From contig OZ252293.1 in NCBI GenBank assembly GCA_965250185.1, forward strand, positions 2,247,862 to 2,311,861: 64,000 nt of DNA, given 5' to 3'. Numbering within the stretch: position 1 is the stretch's first letter; each line of letters begins with the position of its first letter. The notes under the pieces are model-generated. The model saw only the letters and a list, made by a program, of their open reading frames with translations, was not told where the DNA came from and ran no database searches. This document shows positions 37,680 to 46,397 of this stretch, piece after piece. The stretch comes from Vicinamibacterales bacterium. Lineage in GTDB: Bacteria; Acidobacteriota; Vicinamibacteria; Vicinamibacterales; G965250185. Position numbers and translations under genes: made by a program.

Positions 37680-39119
37680 CTAAACCCTGCCGAAGGCGAC
37701 CGATCCGGTGAGGTCGTGCTCTCCGGTGGCAATCATCCACGAGACGGCCTTGGACGGCAGGAACGACTCGCGAATGAATCCACGGTTCGCGACCTGCCGA
37801 ACCTCCCACTCCATCCGGTCGCGATAGACGCGGAAGATTCGATACGAGTTCGGCCACTCGACGAATGCGGCGTTCTGGATATGGGTAAGACCGTCGACGA
37901 CGTTGACTTCGTCCCAGTGGTCGTGGCCGTTGAGGGTGGCGAAGACGTTGGGGGCCGCACGCACGATGTCGAGCACGGCCTCCTTGCCGAGTTCGCTCCA
38001 CGTCGAGACGGCACCCCGGTTGTACGGGGCGTAGTGCCAGACGACCACGGTCGGCGTCGTGGTATCGGCCGCGAGCGTCTCGCGCAACCAGGCCCGCTTG
38101 TGCGGCTGCATCACCGGTTCCTCGATCTCGACGTCGAGCACGACGAACCGCAGTGGCGGCTTCATGAAGCTGTAGTCCAGCTGGCCACCGGGGAAGTGGT
38201 CGGCGAGTAGTTCGCGGGCATCCGGTCGTGAGGTCACGAGATAGCGATCATGGTTGCCGATGCAACCGTAGACCGGGAGCGGCTGCGACTTCAGGACGCC
38301 AGCCATCAGGGCGAACTCTTCCCTGAGCGCTCGCTCGGTCATGTCCCCCGCGTGCATGACGAAATCGATGCCCTCGGCCGCCAGCGCGTGCAGCGTCCGC
38401 GCGAATTCCGGAGCCGTGGCGGCGCCCATCTTCCGATTCATCCAGTCCTCGCGGCCTTCGAAGCGCAGATGGGTGTCTCCGATCAGCGCGAACCGGTACA
38501 GTGGAGATTCGACGGATCGCTCGCTGGCTTCGAGCGTGAGGGAAACGAGACGGCCACCAGTGCGAAAGTGGGGTCCCGCGACGGTCAGGTAGTGGCGCCC
38601 CTCGGGCAGCAGCCACTCGCCGAGCGCGACTGTCCGGGGCGGTTCGCCGCCCGTCACCACCGGCGCCGGGTCGGTCACCTCGTCGATGCCCCACTCCGGA
38701 GCCGAGACCATCGGCGCGCTGACGAGCGTTGTGTCCGAGAGTACCGAGACCCGGAGGCCCGGTCTCAGGTCGGGAGGCGCCTCGAGCTCGATCTGGCCGG
38801 TGACGTACGTTGCCTGCGCCACGTCGACCGCGAACACTGCGAGACCATCTGGTGTGATACTCGCACCGGAGGACCGGGCGGCTTCGACCTCTGCGTTGGT
38901 GAGACCGGACGCGAGCGCGGCGGAAGAACCGTCGAGGCGCACTCGCGATCCGGGTCGCACCGACACGGCCCGTCGGTCCGCATCGTCGCGCAGCCGACGC
39001 TCGAGCTCGGGGTAGACGTCGATCGGCGTGCCGGCGCCCGAGAGCGACGTCTGACCAGTCAGCCCAGCGCCGAGGCCGAGCGCCATCGACGTCAGAAAAT
39101 CGCGCCGGGTCGGAGACAT
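37680..39119 (-). CDS. Tat-secreted metallophosphoesterase (calcineurin-like)
   Basis: MSPTRRDFLTSMALGLGAG twin-arginine signal. GDTHL, HAGDMTE, GNHD and GHDH phosphoesterase motifs. Confidence 0.85.
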   Translation of the reverse strand: MSPTRRDFLTSMALGLGAGLTGQTSLSGAGTPIDVYPELERRLRDDADRRAVSVRPGSRVRLDGSSAALASGLTNAEVEAARSSGASITPDGLAVFAVDVAQATYVTGQIELEAPPDLRPGLRVSVLSDTTLVSAPMVSAPEWGIDEVTDPAPVVTGGEPPRTVALGEWLLPEGRHYLTVAGPHFRTGGRLVSLTLEASERSVESPLYRFALIGDTHLRFEGREDWMNRKMGAATAPEFARTLHALAAEGIDFVMHAGDMTERALREEFALMAGVLKSQPLPVYGCIGNHDRYLVTSRPDARELLADHFPGGQLDYSFMKPPLRFVVLDVEIEEPVMQPHKRAWLRETLAADTTTPTVVVWHYAPYNRGAVSTWSELGKEAVLDIVRAAPNVFATLNGHDHWDEVNVVDGLTHIQNAAFVEWPNSYRIFRVYRDRMEWEVRQVANRGFIRESFLPSKAVSWMIATGEHDLTGSVAFGRV

Positions 39120-39140
39120 AGGTGTTCGTGCCTGTTGCGT

Positions 39141-39217
39141 ACGTAGCGCGCCGGCTCTAACCAAGCGCCAGCGTCACGCGGGTTCGAGATCCGCTCGGCT
39201 GAAGCCTCGCGCTACGT
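39141..39217 (-). repeat. REP-like palindromic element (full copy, inverted relative to 37591)
   Basis: The reverse complement reads cgtagcgcgaggcttcagccgagcggatctcgaacccgcgtgacgctggcgcttggttagagccggcgcgctacgt and aligns along its length with 37591-37665. Confidence 0.85.
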
Positions 39218-39232
39218 GATCTTTCAAACGAT

Positions 39233-39311
39233 CCACCATTCGACATTCCCATTCGACATTCCCATTCGACATTCCCCATTCGACATTCTCCATTCGACAT
39301 TCTCCATTCAC
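39233..39311. repeat. (CCATTCGACATT-like) 12-13-nt tandem array x6, abutting the stop at 39312
   Basis: ccaccattcgacattcccattcgacattcccattcgacattccccattcgacattctccattcgacattctccattcacc. Confidence 0.9.
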
Positions 39312-40313
39312 CTATCTCCCCGGCTCCATCACAGGCTGTGTCCACGCGAGGAGGCCGTTCGAGTCGAGGATCTTCGTTCGCACGTAGCGCTCGCGACCGG
39401 TGAAGTCGTAGCTCGCGCTGGGGGTGGCGACTTCTTTCAACACGGCACCGCCCTCGCCGATGAACTGGACTCGATACTTCGCGTCGCTGTTCGGCGTGAC
39501 TGCGAGGCTCATTCGGCTTTCGGAAACCTCGTACTCGTCTAGCTCGACGCCGGTCGAAGCGTAGAAGTCGCCGCGCTCGAGCGCGGCCATGATGGCGTCG
39601 GCGGCGAGCCGTTCGGCCTTGACCGAGACCCACCCTCGGCCCGGGCGCGGCGCGTTCGGGTTCCACGGCTGCTTGAAGACGTGCGCATCGTCGACGGCGA
39701 TACCGTAGAGCAGGATGCCCCGAGAGAGGATGTCGTCCCAGATCTCCTCCAGCCCGGGTATGCCGCCTCCGCCGGCATTGTTCACGGCGGGGTGACCGTT
39801 GTAGATCTCGAGCAGACGGTTATTGCGAACCTGGGCCAGCTCGTCGGTCGTGATGGCCCAGCGGAAGTTGGGATGGTTGATGTGGGGGACTCCGTCGGCG
39901 GCGCGGATCGCGTCCACGTTACGTTGAATCGCCTCGACGACCGTGCGGCCGTCCTGCGCCTCGACGAACCGTTTCACGTCGAGACCGTTGATGTGGATCG
40001 GCTTGGCGGCGTGAGGCGACGTCACCTCCTCGCCCGGGATGACCAGGAACTGCTCGTCGGCCCCGTAGAGCGCGTTGAGGCCGTCCACGCTCGTCAGGAA
40101 GTTGTGATCGGTGAGCACGAGGAAGTCATACCCCTGCTCGCGATACCAGCGCACGACCTCGTCAGGCGTACTGTCGCCATCGCTATTCAGCGTGTGGGTG
40201 TGCGTGTTGCCCTTGTACCATCGGGTTAGTTCGTCGCCGGGTGGCTCCTGGCCGGGGATGGCGGTGGCGAAGAAGGCCAGGGCGAACAACGTGAGCAGGG
40301 CCGAGCGACTCAT
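39312..40313 (-). CDS. PHP-domain-like metallohydrolase (CehA/McbA family)
   Basis: KGNTHTHTLNSDGDSTPDEVVRWYREQGYDFLVLTDHN. Signal peptide MSRSALLTLFALAFFATA. Confidence 0.8.
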   Translation of the reverse strand: MSRSALLTLFALAFFATAIPGQEPPGDELTRWYKGNTHTHTLNSDGDSTPDEVVRWYREQGYDFLVLTDHNFLTSVDGLNALYGADEQFLVIPGEEVTSPHAAKPIHINGLDVKRFVEAQDGRTVVEAIQRNVDAIRAADGVPHINHPNFRWAITTDELAQVRNNRLLEIYNGHPAVNNAGGGGIPGLEEIWDDILSRGILLYGIAVDDAHVFKQPWNPNAPRPGRGWVSVKAERLAADAIMAALERGDFYASTGVELDEYEVSESRMSLAVTPNSDAKYRVQFIGEGGAVLKEVATPSASYDFTGRERYVRTKILDSNGLLAWTQPVMEPGR

Positions 40314-40359
40314 GTGTACTCCTCTGGCGCCCTCGCGGCGGGCTGCGCTGGCGTCCCGT

Positions 40360-42030
40360 TCAGCGCTGCGTGGTGTTATCCGCCGGGCCGGAGACGGTCG
40401 GCGGCGTTACGTCCGCCTCGCCCAGGGCTTCGCTGAGCACGCGCCCGTCCGGCCTGGCCAGCGTGACTCCCGTCAGGAACGCGAGGGTCGGCGCGATGTC
40501 GGCGGGGCTCGCGGCCGCGTCGTACTGGCCGGGGCGAATGCCCGCGCCGTGGAAGAGGATCGGCACGCGCGTGTCGTAGTCGTAACCCGTGCCGTGCCCG
40601 GCCGCGTTTCCCGAGGTCGTCCAGTAGATCTTCGGGATCACGGTCAGGTCGCCGCTACGGTCCGGCACGTGGCTGAGGGCGATTGCTCGCTCGACGGGCC
40701 GCGACGAGTCGCGCAGCCCGGGCACGTCTTCGGCTCGATACACGGTCTGCACACCCGGGACGGCCTCGATGGCCTCGATGGCCGCGCGCAGCGCCAATGG
40801 CGCTCGGTCCAGCCTCTCGTACACCCCAGGCTCGAAATACAGCTCGGTGTGATTGATGCGCGCGACATGTGGGCCCGGCCCGAGATGGGGGCGCAGGGCC
40901 TCGTCGACGCGCGACCTCACGAGCTTGACGTCGAGTCGCCCCGCGTCGAATCCCATCCCCGCCAGCTGTTCCGGAATCGGCGAGACGCCGTGGTCAGCAG
41001 TCAGTGCCAGCACGTACCGGTCGCTGCCGACCACCTCATCCAGATGAGCGATCAGCGCGCCGAGCGTCTGGTCGAGCCTCATCAGCGTGTCCTGGAGCTC
41101 GTGGCTGCGGGACCCGTAGTCGTGTCCCACTCGATCCAGGGCGGAGAAGCTGATCGCGAGGTAGTCGGTCCGATCCCCTTGACCCAGCTCGAACTCGTCG
41201 ACTGCCGCGACGGCCAGGTCGGCGAGATACCGATCCGAGAACGGGCTTCGGCTCCAGCCCCGGTAGAACCAGCGATCCGGCATGGTCGCTTCGCCGCCCA
41301 GCGTGTGGGGGAACTCGTCGCCCCAGTCAGCCTCCGAGTCCGACTCCGGAGTCGAGGTCGGATACCTGTACGCCGACTCCGGTTGCACGCGATCCCACAC
41401 CGTCCCGAACTCACGCTCGATTGGACGATTCGCCAGGAACCGCTCGATGAACGGGCTGAGGCCGTCACCATAGGCCGAGCTTGTTGCGAGGCTGCGGCCC
41501 TCGAACCAGGTCACCGAATCCGCCTCGTGCCCGGCGAGCATGACCGCCGAGCGCACCTTGAGCGACAGGCTCACAATCTTGGGAGGCACGGGCAGCTGGA
41601 TTCGCATCTCGTCCGATATCGTCGGAACCCGGAGCTTGCGCGCACTGTGTCCGCCGGTCCGCGGTTCTCCGTAGCTCAATGTCCGGGCTCGTTCATCATC
41701 CGTGCAGTTGACGAGCGCGGCGCGGTCGCGGTCGTACCACTCGTTCATCAGTTGTCCGTGCGTCGGCGGCAGCGTGCCGGTCACGATGGTGGCGTGTCCA
41801 GCGCATGTCACGGTCGCGAAGTATGGATACGCGGCCTGCCGGAACCACGCGCCCTCGTCCATGAGGCGGGCAAGGCCCTGGCTCCACTGGTGGCGGAAGC
41901 GCGTGAGGTAGTCGGCACGCAGCTGATCGACGACGAGGACGACGACGAGCGACGGTGGAGCGGGTGCTTGGGCCTTCACGGTCGACACGAGACCCGTAGC
42001 GATCAGGAGGGCCAAAGCGATTCGTCTCAT
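40360..42030 (-). CDS. alkaline-phosphatase-superfamily phosphodiesterase/nucleotide pyrophosphatase (NPP type)
   Basis: Signal MRRIALALLIATGLVSTVKA, VVVLVVDQLRADYL, nucleophile region TVTCAGHATIVTG. Occupies the 3' third of the 1385-aa ORF 40360..44517. Confidence 0.85.
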   Translation of the reverse strand: MRRIALALLIATGLVSTVKAQAPAPPSLVVVLVVDQLRADYLTRFRHQWSQGLARLMDEGAWFRQAAYPYFATVTCAGHATIVTGTLPPTHGQLMNEWYDRDRAALVNCTDDERARTLSYGEPRTGGHSARKLRVPTISDEMRIQLPVPPKIVSLSLKVRSAVMLAGHEADSVTWFEGRSLATSSAYGDGLSPFIERFLANRPIEREFGTVWDRVQPESAYRYPTSTPESDSEADWGDEFPHTLGGEATMPDRWFYRGWSRSPFSDRYLADLAVAAVDEFELGQGDRTDYLAISFSALDRVGHDYGSRSHELQDTLMRLDQTLGALIAHLDEVVGSDRYVLALTADHGVSPIPEQLAGMGFDAGRLDVKLVRSRVDEALRPHLGPGPHVARINHTELYFEPGVYERLDRAPLALRAAIEAIEAVPGVQTVYRAEDVPGLRDSSRPVERAIALSHVPDRSGDLTVIPKIYWTTSGNAAGHGTGYDYDTRVPILFHGAGIRPGQYDAAASPADIAPTLAFLTGVTLARPDGRVLSEALGEADVTPPTVSGPADNTTQR

Positions 42031-42060
42031 CAAGACAGGATACCGCAGGTGTGGGCTAGA

Positions 42061-44424
42061 ATGACGATCGAACTGCCGTCCCCCCGGGCCCCACCGCCAA
42101 TGACACCGACGTCGCCGTTTCGCATCGCGTCCGCGCTCACCGCACTGTTCACCCTCGCAGCCGGATCGCCGGCCGTGGTCTGCGGCCAGGCGCCCGATGA
42201 TCCTAATGTCGGTCGCGTCATACGTGGACCGAGTCCGCCCGCCCTTCCGGCGATCGTGGCTCGCGACGCCGCAGGGCGCGTCACGATGCGGGCGACGCGG
42301 CTGCCCGAGGGACTCGTGCTCGATGGGCGGCTCGACGAGCTCGCCTACCAGACCGTCCCCGCCGTGAGCGGCTTCGTTCAGCAGGAACCGGTCGAAGGTG
42401 ACCCGGCCACGGAGAAGACGGAGGTCTGGGTCTTCTTCGACGAGCGCAACGTGTACGTGTCGGCACGCATGTGGGACAGTCATCCCGAACGCATCGTCGC
42501 GAACGAGATGAGACGCGACAACCGCGGCATCTTCCAGAACGACAGCTTCGGCGTCGCGTTCGACACCTTCTACGATCAGCGCACGGGTTTTTTCTTTCAG
42601 ACGAACGCCCTGGGCGGCCTGCGCGAGGGACTGGTCGTCACCGAGGGCAACATCAGCTACGACTGGAACACGGTCTGGGACGTGGCCAGCGGGCGATTCG
42701 AGCAGGGTTGGGTCACCGAGATCTCGATCCCGTTCAAGTCGCTCCGATGGCAGGCGAGTCGCGACCAGGTGTGGGGCGTGAACTTCCGCCGGGTCGTGCG
42801 CTGGAAGAACGAGCTGTCCTACCTGAGCCAGATTCCGGCGTCCTGGGGCGGCCGCGGCATCTCGAAGTTCTCGTCGGCCGCGACGATGGTCGGTATCCAG
42901 CCACCCTCCAGCTCGCGCAACCTGGAGCTGAAGCCCTACGCGATTTCCGATGTCACGACCGATGTCACGGTCGACCCGGTGCGGTCGAACGACCTGGGCG
43001 GCGATTTCGGATTCGATGCGAAGTACGGCATCACGAAGAGTCTGACCTTCGATTTCACATACAACACCGACTTCGCCCAGGTCGAGGATGACGACCAGCA
43101 AGTCAACCTGACCCGTTTCAGCCTGTTCTTCCCGGAGAAGCGGGAGTTTTTTCTCGAGGGACAGGGCATCTTCGAGTTTGGAGGTGCTCGATCCGGTCGG
43201 CGGGGCGGCGGGGGCGGAGGCGGGGGCGGGTTCGGTCCGCCCACCCAGACACCGGTCCTGTTCTTTAGTCGGCGCATCGGCCTCCAGGATGGCGACACGA
43301 TTCCCATTCAGGCCGGCGGCCGAGTCACCGGGCGCGTCGGTCCGTACCTGGTCGGTCTGCTGAACATCGGCGCCGAGTCGCGGGCCTCCGCTGGCGCCCT
43401 GGCCACCAACTTCACCGTCGTGCGCGTCCGGCGCGACATCCTGCAGCGCAGCAGCATCGGCGTCATCATGACGAATCGGTCCAAGATGCTCGAGGGCATC
43501 GGATCGAACCAGGTGTACGGGGTCGACGGGAATCTGTCGCTCCATCAGGACCTCGAGATCCAGGCCTACTACGCGCGCACGAAGACGACTGGGCGCACTG
43601 GCGACGACTCCAGCTATCGTGCCGCGTTCAACTACAACGCCGATCTGTATGCGCTGCAGTACGAGCACCTCAAGGTCGGCGTCGACTTCAACCCGGAGAT
43701 CGGCTTTCTGCGACGCGATGACTTCAGGCGGAATTACCTCGGGGGCCGAATCAGTCGTCGCCCCGCGTCGATCGCGTCCATCCGGAAGATCGGCCTCTCC
43801 GGTAACGTCGACCGCATCGCGAACGGTTCGGGAGCGCTCGAGTCTCGACGTCAATCGATCGACTCGCGAATCGAGTTCGCTGGCGGCGACCAGATGAACG
43901 TCGAGTACAACAGGGACTTCGAATTGCTCGAGGAGCCATTCGAGATTGCCGATGACGTTGTACTGCCTGTCGGGGGGTACGGCTTCCAGAACGCCCGAGC
44001 CACCTACACGCTCGGCCCTCAGCGAAAGATCACCGGTGGCGCCAGTGTGGCGTACGGAAGCTTCTGGTCCGGGCACCAGAGTTCCGCTGGCTACTTCGGG
44101 CGTGTCGAGCTGTCGCCTCAGCTCTCGATCGAACCGCGCGTCTCGATCAACTGGGTCGACCTGCCCGAGGGCAGCTTCGTGGCGAAGCTGGTGAGCGCCA
44201 GGACCACGTACACGGTCTCGACCCGGATGTTCGTCGGCGCCCTCATCCAGTTCAACTCGAGCAGCGACTCGCTCACTTCGAACATTCGTCTCCGCTGGGA
44301 ATACGAGCCAGGCAGCGACCTCTTCGTTGTCTACTCGGAGGGCCGAGATACCCTGGGACCCGGCAGACCGGGCCTCGAGAATCGAGGCGTCGTCGTCAAG
44401 TACACGAAACTCTTCCGGTTCTAG
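42061..44424 (+). CDS. DUF5916 / carbohydrate-binding-family-9-like outer-membrane protein
   Basis: Signal region then GLVLDGRLDE..Y....A.SGFVQQEP.EG. Beta-rich, C-terminal ...YTKLFRF. ATG 42061 (or 42100). Occupies the 3' part of the 1437-aa ORF 40111..44424. Confidence 0.8.
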   Translation: MTIELPSPRAPPPMTPTSPFRIASALTALFTLAAGSPAVVCGQAPDDPNVGRVIRGPSPPALPAIVARDAAGRVTMRATRLPEGLVLDGRLDELAYQTVPAVSGFVQQEPVEGDPATEKTEVWVFFDERNVYVSARMWDSHPERIVANEMRRDNRGIFQNDSFGVAFDTFYDQRTGFFFQTNALGGLREGLVVTEGNISYDWNTVWDVASGRFEQGWVTEISIPFKSLRWQASRDQVWGVNFRRVVRWKNELSYLSQIPASWGGRGISKFSSAATMVGIQPPSSSRNLELKPYAISDVTTDVTVDPVRSNDLGGDFGFDAKYGITKSLTFDFTYNTDFAQVEDDDQQVNLTRFSLFFPEKREFFLEGQGIFEFGGARSGRRGGGGGGGGGFGPPTQTPVLFFSRRIGLQDGDTIPIQAGGRVTGRVGPYLVGLLNIGAESRASAGALATNFTVVRVRRDILQRSSIGVIMTNRSKMLEGIGSNQVYGVDGNLSLHQDLEIQAYYARTKTTGRTGDDSSYRAAFNYNADLYALQYEHLKVGVDFNPEIGFLRRDDFRRNYLGGRISRRPASIASIRKIGLSGNVDRIANGSGALESRRQSIDSRIEFAGGDQMNVEYNRDFELLEEPFEIADDVVLPVGGYGFQNARATYTLGPQRKITGGASVAYGSFWSGHQSSAGYFGRVELSPQLSIEPRVSINWVDLPEGSFVAKLVSARTTYTVSTRMFVGALIQFNSSSDSLTSNIRLRWEYEPGSDLFVVYSEGRDTLGPGRPGLENRGVVVKYTKLFRF

Positions 44425-44527
44425 GGAGGGCGAGTGGGGCAAGTGGGGCAAGTGGGGCGAGTAAGGCGAGGGAGGCGAGTGGGGACACACCGCGATACCC
44501 GTGCTCGCTCTCCCCACTTGCCCTATT
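44425..44527 (-). repeat. nonamer-arm/core element, copy 1 (inverted orientation)
   Basis: gggagggcgagtggggcaagtggggcaagtggggcgagtaaggcgagggaggcgagt + core ggggacacaccgcgatacccgtgctcgctctcccc + acttgccctattc. Confidence 0.9.
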
Positions 44528-45294
44528 CACAGTTGTTCCCGATTCCGAAGCCCATCATCGGGGTGATCCACCTGCCGCCGCTGCCGGGGTGGCCCGGGTC
44601 GCCCGGAATCGATGGCGTCATCGCCCGGGCGCTCGCTGACCTGGCCGCCCTGGAAGCCGGCGGAATCGAGGCGGTGCTCGTCGAGAACGAGCACGACCGG
44701 CCGCACGAGGTGTGCGCCAGCGCCCGCACGGTCGCGGCCATGACGCGCGTGACCGACGAGGTCGTGCGCGCAGCTCGAGCCGCGGTCATTGGCGTCGAGA
44801 TTCTGCTGAACGATCCGAAGGCGTCCGTGTCGGTTGCGAGCATGACCGGGGCCCGGTTCGTCAGGACCGATTACTTCGTCGACCGGATGACTCGCCCCGA
44901 GTACGGCGGCGAGATGGAGATCGACCCTGCCGGGTTGCTCGCCCATCGCCACGCGATCGGCGCCGTCGACGTCTTGATCCTGGCCGACATCCAGGTCAAG
45001 TACGCCACGATGCTCGAGCCGCGGCCCCTCACCGAGTCGGCGCGCGCGGCAGAAGCATGCGGGGCCGACGCAATCGTCGTGACCGGTTCGGTGACGGGAG
45101 AGCCGCCACGGCACGAGGAGCTCGCGGCCGCGCGCGCCGGCGCCGGCGGGCTGCCAGTGCTGATCGACAGCGGCCTCGATGCCACCAACGCCGCCCAACT
45201 CCTCGAGGCCGCCGACGGTGCCATCGTCGGGACCAGCCTCCAGGGCCCGGATGGGGTCGATGCGCACAAGGTGCGTGAACTCTTGAAGGGCTAG
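44518..45294 (+). CDS. BtpA/SgcQ family TIM-barrel protein
   Basis: IIGVIHLPPLPGWPGSPG and VLVENEHDRP are typical of BtpA. Start uncertain (TTG 44518 or 44536); the ORF-track start 44434 lies in the repeat array. Confidence 0.8.
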   Translation: MPYSQLFPIPKPIIGVIHLPPLPGWPGSPGIDGVIARALADLAALEAGGIEAVLVENEHDRPHEVCASARTVAAMTRVTDEVVRAARAAVIGVEILLNDPKASVSVASMTGARFVRTDYFVDRMTRPEYGGEMEIDPAGLLAHRHAIGAVDVLILADIQVKYATMLEPRPLTESARAAEACGADAIVVTGSVTGEPPRHEELAAARAGAGGLPVLIDSGLDATNAAQLLEAADGAIVGTSLQGPDGVDAHKVRELLKG

Positions 45295-45575
45295 TAGGGC
45301 TTAGTGGGGCGAGTAGGGCCAGGAGGGCAAGTGGGGCGAGTGGGGTGAATAGGGCCAGTAGGGAGAGCGAGCCCGGGTGTCGCGGTGTCGCCCCACTCGC
45401 CCCACTAGCCCCACTTGCCCTCCTGGCCCCACTCGCCCCACTAGCCCCACTCGCCCCACTAGCCCCACTCGCCCTACTCGCCCTACTCGCCCCACTCGCC
45501 CCACTCGCCCCACTCGCCCCACTCGCCCCACTCGCCCCACTCGCCCCACCTGCCCTACTCGCCCTACTAGCCCCC
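45295..45575 (+). repeat. nonamer-arm/core element, copy 2 (8 G-rich units, core, 20 C-rich units)
   Basis: G arm 45295-45360 (NNAGTRGGG units). Core gggagagcgagcccgggtgtcgcggtgtcg. C arm 45391-45570 is 20 x CCCCACTCG-like units. Confidence 0.95.
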
Positions 45576-45579
45576 AAAT

Positions 45580-46392
45580 ATGCACGTTGTCTGCGTCGGT
45601 GACTGCGGCGTCGATCGCTACGTGAACCTCGGACTGGACCGCCCGGGGGGCATCACGTTGAATTTCGCGATCCATGCGCGGGACTGTTTGCCGGGGACGG
45701 ACGTGGTCACGATCGTGACGGCGCTCGGTCTGGACGACGAGGCGCAGCTGGTGCTCGAGGCGATCGAGCGGTTCGGGATTCCCAGCTGCCTGACCCGGAT
45801 CGAGGGTCGGACACCGGTTCAGTACATCGATCAGGAGCCATCCGGTGAGAAGCGCTTCGTGCGCTACGACGAGGGTGTGCTGGTGACGTACCGGCTCGAC
45901 GCTAGGGCGCGCCGGCTGGTTCAGGAGAGCGACCTCCTGGTGACGAATGTCTACCGGCAGGTCGAGCGTTTCTTCGACGAACTGATCGAGATCCCGTCGC
46001 GCGGTCTTCGTTTCGTCGACTTCCTCGACCTGTCTGACTATACGGATGGCGCGGCTTTCGTCGAGCGCTACATCGAGCGATTCGATATCGGTCTGTTCGG
46101 GCTGGCGTCCGACGCCGACGTCCGAATCGACGCGCTGGAGCGGCTGGCGCGGTCGCACGGCAAGCTCTTCATCGTCACGCTCGGTCCTGGCGGAAGCCTT
46201 GCGCTCGGTGGGTCGACGCGCGTGCGCTGCCCGGCGCACCATGTGGAGCCGGTCGTGGACACGACCGGCGCCGGCGACGCCTTCGCGGCAGGCTTTCTCG
46301 CGAGCTACATGGAATCCCGCGACGTGGTCCAGGGTCTGGATGCCGGGAGCCGACAGGCGGCCAAGGTCGTCCAGATGGTCGGAGGGTTTTGA
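45580..46392 (+). CDS. PfkB family carbohydrate kinase
   Basis: MHVVCVGDCGVD... and C-terminal DTTGAGDAFAAGFL ATP-binding motif. Confidence 0.85.
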   Translation: MHVVCVGDCGVDRYVNLGLDRPGGITLNFAIHARDCLPGTDVVTIVTALGLDDEAQLVLEAIERFGIPSCLTRIEGRTPVQYIDQEPSGEKRFVRYDEGVLVTYRLDARARRLVQESDLLVTNVYRQVERFFDELIEIPSRGLRFVDFLDLSDYTDGAAFVERYIERFDIGLFGLASDADVRIDALERLARSHGKLFIVTLGPGGSLALGGSTRVRCPAHHVEPVVDTTGAGDAFAAGFLASYMESRDVVQGLDAGSRQAAKVVQMVGGF

Positions 46393-46397
46393 GAGGA

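Noticed and set aside
39165-39205. tRNA-like T-arm (GCGGG-TTCGAGA-TCCGC) plus a D-loop-like GGTTAGAG on the opposite strand.
   Set aside because: No acceptor stem, anticodon arm or correct spacing can be built. The motif is internal to the REP-like element, and its counterpart in the 37591 copy is degenerate. It may be tRNA-derived at most, not a tRNA gene.
40111-44517. Two giant fully overlapping antisense ORFs (1437 aa on plus, 1385 aa on minus) spanning about 4.3 kb.
   Set aside because: Each is half real, half shadow. Recognisable domains occupy only 40360-42030 (minus, NPP-type phosphatase) and 42061-44424 (plus, DUF5916). The remainders are Arg/Pro/Gly-rich and lie antisense to a real gene. 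With G/C at nearly every third codon position, the antisense frame has G/C at nearly every first position, so it cannot form TAA/TAG/TGA. Long shadow ORFs are therefore expected.
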